In this document: positions 41,751 to 52,495 of the stretch, one piece after another | How the letters are laid out: each line of letters begins with the position of its first letter | Position numbering within the stretch: position 1 is the first letter of the stretch | Origin: Eledone cirrhosa | Lineage: Eukaryota | Direction: 5' to 3' | DNA: 64,000 nucleotides | Assembly: GCA_964016885.1 (NCBI GenBank) | Contig: OZ024744.1 | Span: forward strand, 4,464,001 to 4,528,000 | The notes under the pieces: generated by a model | The model's database searches: none | Seen by the model: the letters and a program-made list of their open reading frames with translations, nothing else | What the model was told of the DNA's origin: nothing | Made by a program: the position numbers and the translations under genes

Positions 41751-44700
41751 GAAAGATAGCTTGGTGAAGAACGAAGTTTTGAGGGAAGACAAGGTAGAGA
41801 AAGATAGCTTGGTGAAGAACGAAGTTTTGAGGGAAGACAAGGTAGAGAAAGATAGCTTGGTGAAGAACAAAGTTTTGAGGGAAGACAAGGTAGAGAAAGA
41901 TAGCTTGATCAAGAACGAAGTTTTGAGGGAAGACAAGGTAGAGAAGGATAGCTTGTGAAGAACGAAGTTTTGGGGGAAGACAAGGTAGAGAAAGATAGCT
42001 TGGTGAAGAACGAAACACGTTTTGAGGGAAGACAAGGTAGAGAAAGATAGCTAGGTGAAGAACGACGTTTTGAGGGAAGACAAAGTAGAGAACGATAGCT
42101 TGATGAAGAACGGAGTTTTGAGGGAAGACAAGGTAGAGAAAGATAGCTTGGTGAAGAACGAAGTTTTGAGGGAAGACAAGGTAGAGAAAGATAGTTTGGT
42201 GAAGAACGAAGTTTTGGGGGGAAAAAAGGTAGAGAAAGATAGCTTGGTGAAGAACGAAGTTTTGAGGGAAGACAAGGTAGAGAAAGATAGCTTGGTGAAG
42301 AACGAAGTTTTGAGGGAAGACAAGGTAGAGAAAGATAGCTTGATGAAGAACGAAGTTTTGAGGGAAGACAAGGTAGAGAAAGTTAGCTTGGTGAAGAACG
42401 AAGTTTTGAGGGAAGACAAGGGAGAGAAAGATAGCTTGATCAAGAACGAAATTTTGAGGGAAGACATGGTAGAGAAGGATAGCTTGTGAAGAACGAAGTT
42501 TTGGGGGAAGACAAGGTAAAGAAAGATAGCTTGGTGAAGAACGAACGACGTTTTGAGGGAAGACAAGGTAGAGAAAGATAGCTAGGTGAAGAACGACGTT
42601 TTGAGGGAAGACAAAGTAGAGAACGATCGCTTGATGAAGAACGGAGTTTTGAGGGAAGACAAGGTAGAGAAAGATAGCTTGGTGAAGAACGAAGTTTTGA
42701 GGGAAGACAAGGTAGAGAAAGATAGTTTTGTGAAGAACGAAGTTTTGGGGGAAGACAAGGTAGAGAAAGATAGCTTGGTGAAGAACGAAGTTTTGAGGGA
42801 AGACAAGGTAGAGAAAGATAGCTTGATGAAGAACGAAGTTTTGAGGGAAGACAAGGTAGAGAAAGTTAGCTTGGTGAAGAACGAAGTTTTGAGGGAAGAC
42901 AAGGTAGAGAAAGATAGCTTGGTGAAGAACGAAGTTTTGAGGGAAGACAAGGTAGAGAAAGATAGCTTGGTGAAGAACGAAGTTTTGAGGGAAGACAAGG
43001 TAGAGAAAGATAGCTTGATGAAGAACGAAGTTTTGAGGGAAGACAAGGTAGAGAAAGTTAGCTTGGTGAAGAACGAAGTTTTGAGGGAAGACAAGGTAGA
43101 GAAAGATAGCTTGGTGAAGAACGAAGTTATGAGGGAAGACAAGGTAGAGAAAGATAGCTTGGTGAAGAACGAAATTTTGAGGGAAGACAAGGTAGAGAAA
43201 GATAGCTTGGTGAAGAACGAAGTTTTGAGGGAAGACAAGGTAGAGAAAGATAGCTTGTGAAGAACGTAGTTTTGGGGGAAGACAAGGTAGAGAAAGATAG
43301 CTTGGTGAAGAACGAACGAAGTGTTGAGGGAAGACAAGGTAGAGAAAGATAGCTTGGTGAAGAACGACGTTTTGAGGGAAGACAAAGTAGAGAACGATAG
43401 ATTGATGAAGAACGGAGTTTTGAGGGGAGACAAGGTAGAGAAAGATAGCTTGGTGAATAACGAAGTTTTGAGGGAAGACAAGGTGAAGAAAGATAGCTTG
43501 GTGAAGAACGATGTTTTGGGGGAAGACAAGCTAGAGAAAGATAGCTTGGTGAAGAACGAAGTTTTGAGGGAAGACAAGGTAGAGAAAGATAGCTTGGTGA
43601 AGAACGAAGTTTTGAGGGAAGACAAGGTAGAGAAAGATAGCTTGGTGAAGAACAAAGTTTTGAGGGAAGACACGGTAGAGAAAGATAGCTTGATCAAGAA
43701 CGAAGTTTTGAGGGAAGACAAAGTAGAGAAGGATAGCTTGTGAAGAACGAAGTTTTGTGGGAAGACAAGGTAGAGAAAGATAGCTTGGTGAAGAACGAAC
43801 GACGTTTTGAGGGAAGACAAGGTAGAGAAAGATAGCTAGGTGAAGAACGACGTTTTGAGGGAAGACAAAGTAGAGAACGATAGCTTGATGAAGAACGGAG
43901 TTTTGAGGGAAGACAAGGTAGAGAAAGATAGCTTGGTGAAGAACGAAGTTTTGAGGGAAGACAAGGTAGAGAAAGATAGTTTGGTGAAGAACGAAGTTTT
44001 GGGGGGAAAAAAGGTAGAGAAAGATAGCTTGGTGAAGAACGATGTTTTGAGGGAAGACAAGGTAGAGAAAGATAGCTTGGTGAAGAACGAAGTTTTGAGG
44101 GAAGACAAGGTAGAGAAAGATAGCTTGGTGAAGAACGAAGTTTTGAGGGAAGACAAGGTAGAGAAAGATAGCTTGGTGAAGAACGAAGTTTTGAGGGAAG
44201 ACAAGGTAGAGAAAGATAGCTTGATGAAGAACGAAGTTTTGAGGGAAGACAAGGTAGAGAAAGTTAGCTTGGTGAAGAACGAAGTTTTGAGGGAAGACAA
44301 GGTAGAGAAAGATAGCTTGGTGAAGAACGAAGTTTTGAGGGAAGACAAGGTAGAGAAAGATAGCTTGGTGAAGAACGAAATTTTGAGGGAAGACAAGGTA
44401 GAGAAAGATAGCTTGGTGAAGAACGAAGTTTTGAGGGAAGACAAGGTAGAGAAAGATAGCTTGTGAAGAACGTAGTTTTGGCGGAAGACAAGGTAGAGAA
44501 AGATAGCTTGGTGAAGAACGAACGAAGTGTTGAGGGAAGACAAGGTAGAGAAAGATAGCTTGGTGAAGAACGACGTTTTGAGGGAAGACAAAGTAGAGAA
44601 CGATAGCTTGATGAAGAACGGAGTTTTGAGGGGAGACAAGATAGAGAAAGATAGCCTGGTGAATAACGAAGTTTTGAGGGAAGACAAGGTGAAGAAAGAT

Positions 44701-44899
44701 AGCTTGGTGAAGAACGATGTTTTGGGGGAAGACAAGGTAGAGAAAGATAGCTTGGTGAAGAACGAAGTTTTGAGGGAAGACAAGGAAGAGAAAGATAGCT
44801 TGGTGAAGAACGAAGTTTTGAGGGAAGACAAGGTAGAGAAAGATAGCTTGGTGAAGAACAAAGTTTTGAGGGAAGACACGGTAGAGAAAGATAGCTTGA

Positions 44900-47800
44900 T
44901 CAAGAACGAAGTTTTGAGGGAAGACAAGGTAGAGAAGGATAGCTTGTGAAGAACGAAGTTTTGGGGGAAGACAAGGTAGAGAAAGATAGCTTGGTGAAGA
45001 ACGAACGACGTTTTGAGGGAAGACAAGGTAGAGAAAGATAGCTAGGTGAAGAACGACGTTTTGAGGGAAGACAAAGTAGAGAACGATAGCTTGATGAAGA
45101 ACGGAGTTTTGAGGGAAGACAAGGTAGAGAAAGATAGCTTGGTGAAGAACGAAGTTTTGAGGGAAGACAAGGTAGAGAAAGATAGTTTGGTGAAGAACGA
45201 AGTTTTGGGGGGAAAAAAGGTAGAGAAAGATAGCTTGGTGAAGAACGAAGTTTTGAGGGAAGACAAGGTAGAGAAAGATAGCTTGGTGAAGAACGAAGTT
45301 TTGAGGGAAGACAAGGTAGAGAAAGATAGCTTGATGAAGAACGAAGTTTTGAGGGAAGACAAGGTAGAGAAAGTTAGCTTGGTGAAGAACGTAGTTTTGA
45401 GGGAAGACAAGGTAGAGTAAGATAGCTTGGTGAAGAACGAAGTTTTGAGGGAAGACAAGGTAGAGAAAGATATCTTGGTGAAGAACGAAGTTTTGAGGGA
45501 AGACAAGGTAGAGAAAGATAGCTTGATGAAGAACGAAGTTTTGAGGGAAGACAAGGTAGAGAAAGATAGCTTGATCAAGAACGAAGTTTTGAGGGAAGAC
45601 AAGGTAGAGAAGGATAGCTTGTGAAGAACGAAGTTTTGGGGGAAGACAAGGTAAAGAAAGATAGCTTGGAGAAGAACGAACGACGTTTTGAGGGAAGACA
45701 AGGTAGAGAAAGATAGCTTGGTGAAGAACGACGTTTTGAGGGAAGACAAAGTAGAGAACGATAGCTTGATGAAGAACGGAGTTTTGAGGGAAGACAAGGT
45801 AGAGAAAGATAGCTTGACGAAGAACGAAGTTTTGAGCGAAGACAAGGTAGAGAAAGTTAGCTTGGTGAAGAACGAAGTTTTGAGGGAAGACAAGGTAGAG
45901 AAAGATAGCTTGGTGAAGAACGAAGTTTTGAGGGAAGACAAAGTAGAGAAGGATAGCTTGTGAAGAACGAAGTTTTGGGGGAAGACAAGGTAGAGAAAGA
46001 TAGCTTGGTGAAGAACGAACGACGTTTTGAGGGAAGACAAGGTAGAGAAAGATAGCTAGGTGAAGAACGACGTTTTGAGGGAAGACAAAGTAGAGAACGA
46101 TAACTTGATGAAGAACGGAGTTTTGAGGGAAGACAAGGTAGAGAAAGATAGCTTGGTGAAGAACGAAGTTTTGAGGGAAGACAAGGTAGAGAAAGATAGT
46201 TTGGTGAAGAACGAAGTTTTGGGGGGAAAAAAGGTAGAGAAAGATAGCTTGGTGAAGAACGATGTTTTGAGGGAAGACAAGGTACAGAAAGATAGCTTGG
46301 TGAAGAACGAAGTTTTGAGGGAAGACAAGGTAGAGAAAGATAGCTTGGTGAAGAACGAAGTTTTGAGGGAAGACAAGGTAGAGAAAGATAGCTTGGTGAA
46401 GAACGAAGTTTTGAGGGAAGACAAGGTAGAGAAAGATAGCTTGATGAAGAACGAAGTTTTGAGGGAAGACAAGGTAGAGAAAGTTAGCTTGGTGAAGAAC
46501 GAAGTTTTGAGGGAAGACAAGGTAGAGAAAGATAGCTTGGTGAAGAACGAAGTTTTGAGGGAAGACAAGGTAGAGAAAGATAGCTTGGTGAAGAACGAAA
46601 TTTTGAGGGAAGACAAGGTAGAGAAAGATAGCTTGGTGAAGAACGAAGTTTTGAGGGAAGACAAGGTAGAGAAAGATAGCTTGTGAAGAACGTAGTTTTG
46701 GCGGAAGACAAGGTAGAGAAAGATAGCTTGGTGAAGAACGAACGAAGTGTTGAGGGAAGACAAGGTAGAGAAAGATAGCTTGGTGAAGAACGACGTTTTG
46801 AGGGAAGACAAAGTAGAGAACGATAGCTTGATGAAGAACGGAGTTTTGAGGGGAGACAAGGTAGAGAAAGATAGCCTGGTGAATAACGAAGTTTTGAGGG
46901 AAGACAAGGTGAAGAAAGATAGCTTGGTGAAGAACGATGTTTTGGGGGAAGACAAGGTAGAGAAAGATAGCTTGGTGAAGAACGAAGTTTTGAGGGAAGA
47001 CAAGGAAGAGAAAGATAGCTTGGTGAAGAACGAAGTTTTGAGGGAAGACAAGGTAGAGAAAGATAGCTTGGTGAAGAACAAAGTTTTGAGGGAAGACACG
47101 GTAGAGAAAGATAGCTTGATCAAGAACGAAGTTTTGAGGGAAGACAAGGTAGAGAAGGATAGCTTGTGAAGAACGAAGTTTTGGGGGAAGACAAGGTAGA
47201 GAAAGATAGCTTGGTGAAGAACGAACGACGTTTTGAGGGAAGACAAGGTAGAGAAAGATAGCTAGGTGAAGAACGACGTTTTGAGGGAAGACAAAGTAGA
47301 GAACGATAGCTTGATGAAGAACGGAGTTTTGAGGGAAGACAAGGTAGAGAAAGATAGCTTGGTGAAGAACGAAGTTTTGAGGGAAGACAAGGTAGAGAAA
47401 GATAGTTTGGTGAAGAACGAAGTTTTGGGGGAAAAAAGGTAGAGAAAGATAGCTTGGTGAAGAACGAAGTTTTGAGGGAAGACAAGGTAGAGAAAGATAG
47501 CTTGGTGAAGAACGAAGTTTTGAGGGAAGACAAGGTAGAGAAAGATAGCTTGATGAAGAACGAAGTTTTGAGGGAAGACAAGGTAGAGAAAGTTAGCTTG
47601 GTGAAGAACGTAGTTTTGAGGGAAGACAAGGTAGAGTAAGATAGCTTGGTGAAGAACGAAGTTTTGAGGGAAGACAAGGTAGAGAAAGATATCTTGGTGA
47701 AGAACGAAGTTTTGAGGGAAGACAAGGTAGAGAAAGATAGCTTGATGAAGAACGAAGTTTTGAGGGAAGACAAGGTAGAGAAAGATAGCTTGATCAAGAA

Positions 47801-50740
47801 CGAAGTTTTGAGGGAAGACAAGGTAGAGAAGGATAGCTTGTGAAGAACGAAGTTTTGGGGGAAGACAAGGTAGAGAAAGATAGCTTGGTGAAGAACGAAC
47901 GACGTTTTGAGGGAAGACAAGGTAGAGAAAGATAGCTAGGTGAAGAACGACGTTTTGAGGGAAGACAAAGTAGAGAACGATAGCTTGATGAAGAACGGAG
48001 TTTTGAGGGAAGACAAGGTAGAGAAAGATAGCTTGGTGAAGAACGAAGTTTTGAGGGAAGACAAGGTAGAGAAAGATAGTTTGGTGAAGAACGAAGTTTT
48101 GGGGGGAAAAAAGGTAGAGAAAGATAGCTTGGTGAAGAACGAAGTTTTGAGGGAAGACAAGGTAGAGAAAGATAGCTTGGTGAAGAACGAAGTTTTGAGG
48201 GAAGACAAGGTAGAGAAAGATAGCTTGATGAAGAACGAAGTTTTGAGGGAAGACAAGGTAGAGAAAGTTAGCTTGGTGAAGAACGTAGTTTTGAGGGAAG
48301 ACAAGGTAGAGTAAGATAGCTTGGTGAAGAACGAAGTTTTGAGGGAAGACAAGGTAGAGAAAGATATCTTGGTGAAGAACGAAGTTTTGAGGGAAGACAA
48401 GGTAGAGAAAGATAGCTTGATGAAGAACGAAGTTTTGAGGGAAGACAAGGTAGAGAAAGATAGCTTGATCAAGAACGAAGTTTTGAGGGAAGACAAGGTA
48501 GAGAAGGATAGCTTGTGAAGAACGAAGTTTTGGGGGAAGACAAGGTAAAGAAAGATAGCTTGGAGAAGAACGAACGACGTTTTGAGGGAAGACAAGGTAG
48601 AGAAAGATAGCTTGGTGAAGAACGACGTTTTGAGGGAAGACAAAGTAGAGAACGATAGCTTGATGAAGAACGGAGTTTTGAGGGAAGACAAGGTAGAGAA
48701 AGATAGCTTGACGAAGAACGAAGTTTTGAGCGAAGACAAGGTAGAGAAAGTTAGCTTGGTGAAGAACGAAGTTTTGAGGGAAGACAAGGTAGAGAAAGAT
48801 AGCTTGGTGAAGAACGAAGTTTTGAGGGAAGACAAAGTAGAGAAGGATAGCTTGTGAAGAACGAAGTTTTGGGGGAAGACAAGGTAGAGAAAGATAGCTT
48901 GGTGAAGAACGAACGACGTTTTGAGGGAAGACAAGGTAGAGAAAGATAGCTAGGTGAAGAACGACGTTTTGAGGGAAGACAAAGTAGAGAACGATAACTT
49001 GATGAAGAACGGAGTTTTGAGGGAAGACAAGGTAGAGAAAGATAGCTTGGTGAAGAACGAAGTTTTGAGGGAAGACAAGGTAGAGAAAGATAGTTTGGTG
49101 AAGAACGAAGTTTTGGGGGGAAAAAAGGTAGAGAAAGATAGCTTGGTGAAGAACGATGTTTTGAGGGAAGACAAGGTACAGAAAGATAGCTTGGTGAAGA
49201 ACGAAGTTTTGAGGGAAGACAAGGTAGAGAAAGATAGCTTGGTGAAGAACGAAGTTTTGAGGGAAGACAAGGTAGAGAAAGATAGCTTGGTGAAGAACGA
49301 AGTTTTGAGGGAAGACAAGGTAGAGAAAGATAGCTTGATGAAGAACGAAGTTTTGAGGGAAGACAAGGTAGAGAAAGTTAGCTTGGTGAAGAACGAAGTT
49401 TTGAGGGAAGACAAGGTAGAGAAAGATAGCTTGGTGAAGAACGAAGTTTTGAGGGAAGACAAGGTAGAGAAAGATAGCTTGGTGAAGAACGAAATTTTGA
49501 GGGAAGACAAGGTAGAGAAAGATAGCTTGGTGAAGAACGAAGTTTTGAGGGAAGACAAGGTAGAGAAAGATAGCTTGTGAAGAACGTAGTTTTGGCGGAA
49601 GACAAGGTAGAGAAAGATAGCTTGGTGAAGAACGAACGAAGTGTTGAGGGAAGACAAGGTAGAGAAAGATAGCTTGGTGAAGAACGACGTTTTGAGGGAA
49701 GACAAAGTAGAGAACGATAGCTTGATGAAGAACGGAGTTTTGAGGGGAGACAAGGTAGAGAAAGATAGCCTGGTGAATAACGAAGTTTTGAGGGAAGACA
49801 AGGTGAAGAAAGATAGCTTGGTGAAGAACGATGTTTTGGGGGAAGACAAGGTAGAGAAAGATAGCTTGGTGAAGAACGAAGTTTTGAGGGAAGACAAGGA
49901 AGAGAAAGATAGCTTGGTGAAGAACGAAGTTTTGAGGGAAGACAAGGTAGAGAAAGATAGCTTGGTGAAGAACAAAGTTTTGAGGGAAGACACGGTAGAG
50001 AAAGATAGCTTGATCAAGAACGAAGTTTTGAGGGAAGACAAGGTAGAGAAGGATAGCTTGTGAAGAACGAAGTTTTGGGGGAAGACAAGGTAGAGAAAGA
50101 TAGCTTGGTGAAGAACGAACGACGTTTTGAGGGAAGACAAGGTAGAGAAAGATAGCTAGGTGAAGAACGACGTTTTGAGGGAAGACAAAGTAGAGAACGA
50201 TAGCTTGATGAAGAACGGAGTTTTGAGGGAAGACAAGGTAGAGAAAGATAGCTTGGTGAAGAACGAAGTTTTGAGGGAAGACAAGGTAGAGAAAGATAGT
50301 TTGGTGAAGAACGAAGTTTTGGGGGAAAAAAGGTAGAGAAAGATAGCTTGGTGAAGAACGAAGTTTTGAGGGAAGACAAGGTAGAGAAAGATAGCTTGGT
50401 GAAGAACGAAGTTTTGAGGGAAGACAAGGTAGAGAAAGATAGCTTGATGAAGAACGAAGTTTTGAGGGAAGACAAGGTAGAGAAAGTTAGCTTGGTGAAG
50501 AACGTAGTTTTGAGGGAAGACAAGGTAGAGTAAGATAGCTTGGTGAAGAACGAAGTTTTGAGGGAAGACAAGGTAGAGAAAGATATCTTGGTGAAGAACG
50601 AAGTTTTGAGGGAAGACAAGGTAGAGAAAGATAGCTTGATGAAGAACGAAGTTTTGAGGGAAGACAAGGTAGAGAAAGATAGCTTGATCAAGAACGAAGT
50701 TTTGAGGGAAGACAAGGTAGAGAAGGATAGCTTGTGAAGA
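44900..50740. repeat. 2894-bp tandem block duplication inside the 48-bp array (overlapping a 2220-bp one starting ~43760)
   Basis: Landmarks at a 2894-bp offset (45046/47940, 45688/48582, 46060/48954, 46747/49641, 47454/50348, 47646/50540); 43840/46060 and 44527/46747 are offset by 2220. Shared variants: GATATCTTG, TTGACGAAG, TTGAGCGAA, TTGGCGGAA. Confidence 0.85.
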
Positions 50741-52252
50741 ACGAAGTTTTGGGGGAAGACAAGGTAAAGAAAGATAGCTTGGAGAAGAACGAACGACGTT
50801 TTGAGGGAAGACAAGGTAGAGAAAGATAGCTTGGTGAAGAACGACGTTTTGAGGGAAGACAAAGTAGAGAACGATAGCTTGATGAAGAACGGAGTTTTGA
50901 GGGAAGACAAGGTAGAGAAAGATAGCTTGGTGAAGAACGAAGTTTTGAGGGAAGACAAGGTAGAGAAAGATAGTTTGGTGAAGAACGAAGTTTTGGGGGA
51001 AAAAAAGGTAGAGAAATATAGCTTGGTGAAGAACGAAGTTTTGAGGGAAGACAAGGTAGAGAAAGATAGCTTGATGAAGAACGAAGTTTTGAGCGAAGAC
51101 AAGGTAGAGAAAGTTAGCTTGGTGAAGAACGAAGTTTTGAGGGAAGACAAGGTAGAGAAAGATAGCTTGGTGAAGAACGAAGTTTTGAGGGAAGACAAGG
51201 TAGAGAAAGATAGCTTGGTGAAGAACGAAGTTTTGAGGGAAGACAAGGTAGAGAAAGATAGCTTGATGAAGAACGAAGTTTTGAGGGAAGACAAGGTAGA
51301 GAAAGTTAGCTTGGTGAAGAACGAAGTTTTGAGGGAAGACAAGGTAGAGAAAGATAGCTTGGTGAAGAACGAAGTTTTGAGGGAAGACAAGGTAGAGAAA
51401 GATAGCTTGGTGAAGAACGACATTTTGAGGGAAGACAAGGTAGAGAAAGATAGCTTGGTGAAGAACGAAGTTTTGAGGGAAGACAAGGTAGAGAAAGATA
51501 GCTTGTGAAGAACGTAGTTTTGGGGGAAGACAAGGTAGAGAAAGATAGCTTGGTGAAGAACGAACGAAGTGTTGAGGGAAGACAAGGTAGAGAAAGATAG
51601 CTTGGTGAAGAACGACGTTTTGAGGGAAGACAAAGTAGAGAACGATAGCTTGATGAAGAACGGAGTTTTGAGGGAAGACAAGGTAGAAAACGATAGCTTG
51701 GTGAAGAACGAAGTTTTGAGGGAAGACAAGGTAGAGAAAGATAGTTTGGTGAAGAACGAAGTTTTGGGGGAAAAAAAGGTAGAGAAAGATAGCTTGGTGA
51801 AGAACGAAGTTTTGAGGGAAGACAAGGTAGAGAAAGATAGCTTGGTGAAGAACGAAGTTTTGAGGGAAGACAAGGTAGAGAAAGATAGCTTGGTGAAGAA
51901 CGAAGTTTTGAGGGAAGACAAGGTAGAGAAAGATAGCTTGATGAAGAACGATGTTTTGAGGGAAGACAAGGTAGAGAAAGTTAGCTTGGTGAAGAACGAA
52001 GTTTTGAGGGAAGACAAGGTAGAGAAAGAAAGCTTGGTGAAGAACGGAGTTTTGAGGGAAGACAAGGTAGAGAAAGATAGCTTGGTGAAGAACGAAGTTT
52101 TGAGGGAAGACAAGGTAGAGAAAGATAGCTTGGTGAAGAACGAAGTTTTAAGGGAAGCCAAGGTAGAGAAAGATAGCTTGGTGAAGAACGAAGTTTTTGG
52201 GGAAGACAAGGTAAAGAAACAGATTTTTTAATTGATGCCATTTTTTCTTTTT

Positions 52253-52322
52253 TTTGTCGGCATATTTGCCAAATGCAAAGTTCAAATTCGAATTTAGCCC
52301 CGAAGGGCTAAATACCGACAAA
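52253..52322. other. Inverted-repeat/hairpin cluster flanking the satellite end
   Basis: Outer IR TTTGTCGG (52253-52260) / CCGACAAA (52315-52322); perfect inner hairpin ATTTAGCCC-CGAA-GGGCTAAAT (52292-52313); palindrome AAATTCGAATTT (52284-52295). Function unknown. Confidence 0.8.
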
Positions 52323-52461
52323 TTTCGTCTACCTCAAGACAAGTGGGGTGTGTTTAAACTCAAAACAGTATACATTTTTACAATGAGTTCACAATAATAA
52401 TTGTTCAACAATCACAAACTTCAGGGAGCAAAATTTCCTGCAACGTTTATACTTCCACACA

Positions 52462-52495
52462 AATAATAATAATAATAATAATTATTATTATTATT
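52462..52495. repeat. (AAT)n/(ATT)n inverted microsatellite; (TAA)n tail/target site of the adjacent Dong/R4 element
   Basis: AATAATAATAATAATAATAATTATTATTATTATT; 52468-52495 is a perfect 28-bp palindrome. The TTA half reads (TAA)n on the minus strand directly after the element's 3' UTR. Confidence 0.9.

Larger units (their letters stand above)
1..52219. repeat. 48-bp tandem satellite array (~1,090 monomers, head-to-tail, single orientation), truncated by the window start
   Basis: Direct reading: consensus AGCTTGGTGAAGAACGAAGTTTTGAGGGAAGACAAGGTAGAGAAAGAT (19 A, 17 G, 9 T, 3 C; 75% purine on + strand) repeats without any unique insert up to ...GACAAGGTAAAGAAA at 52219. Recurrent variants include a 47-bp monomer (AGCTTG-TGAAG), a 52-bp monomer (AACG duplication), AGCTAGGTG, GAGTAAGAT and GGGGAAAAAAAGG. 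Confidence 0.99.

Noticed and set aside
625-51570. Functional frame restoration of a + strand protein by the -1/+4 indel pair
   Set aside because: The -1 deletion immediately creates AGC TTG TGA (stop), and the following monomer usually carries TAG, so the + frame is not rescued.
1-52219. CRISPR array
   Set aside because: Monomers are contiguous with no unique spacers, there are no cas genes, and the context is eukaryotic retroelements.
1-52219. G-quadruplex or telomeric repeat
   Set aside because: There is only one GGG run per 48 bp, too widely spaced for canonical G4, and no TTAGGG/TTAGG arrays.
1-52231. Hundreds of predicted ORFs (EDKVEKDSL-, TKLSFSTLSS-, HQAIFLYLVF-, PSYLSLPCL-type) as real genes
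   Set aside because: They are translations of one 48-bp monomer that is stop-free in four frames. They overlap on both strands, mostly start at non-ATG codons, have no unique domain and are broken by recurrent stops and frameshifts.
52253-52350. Hammerhead ribozyme on the minus strand (GTCT-TGAGGT-AGAC-GAAA followed by a stem)
   Set aside because: No CUGANGA before the stem and no UH cleavage site after the closing helix.
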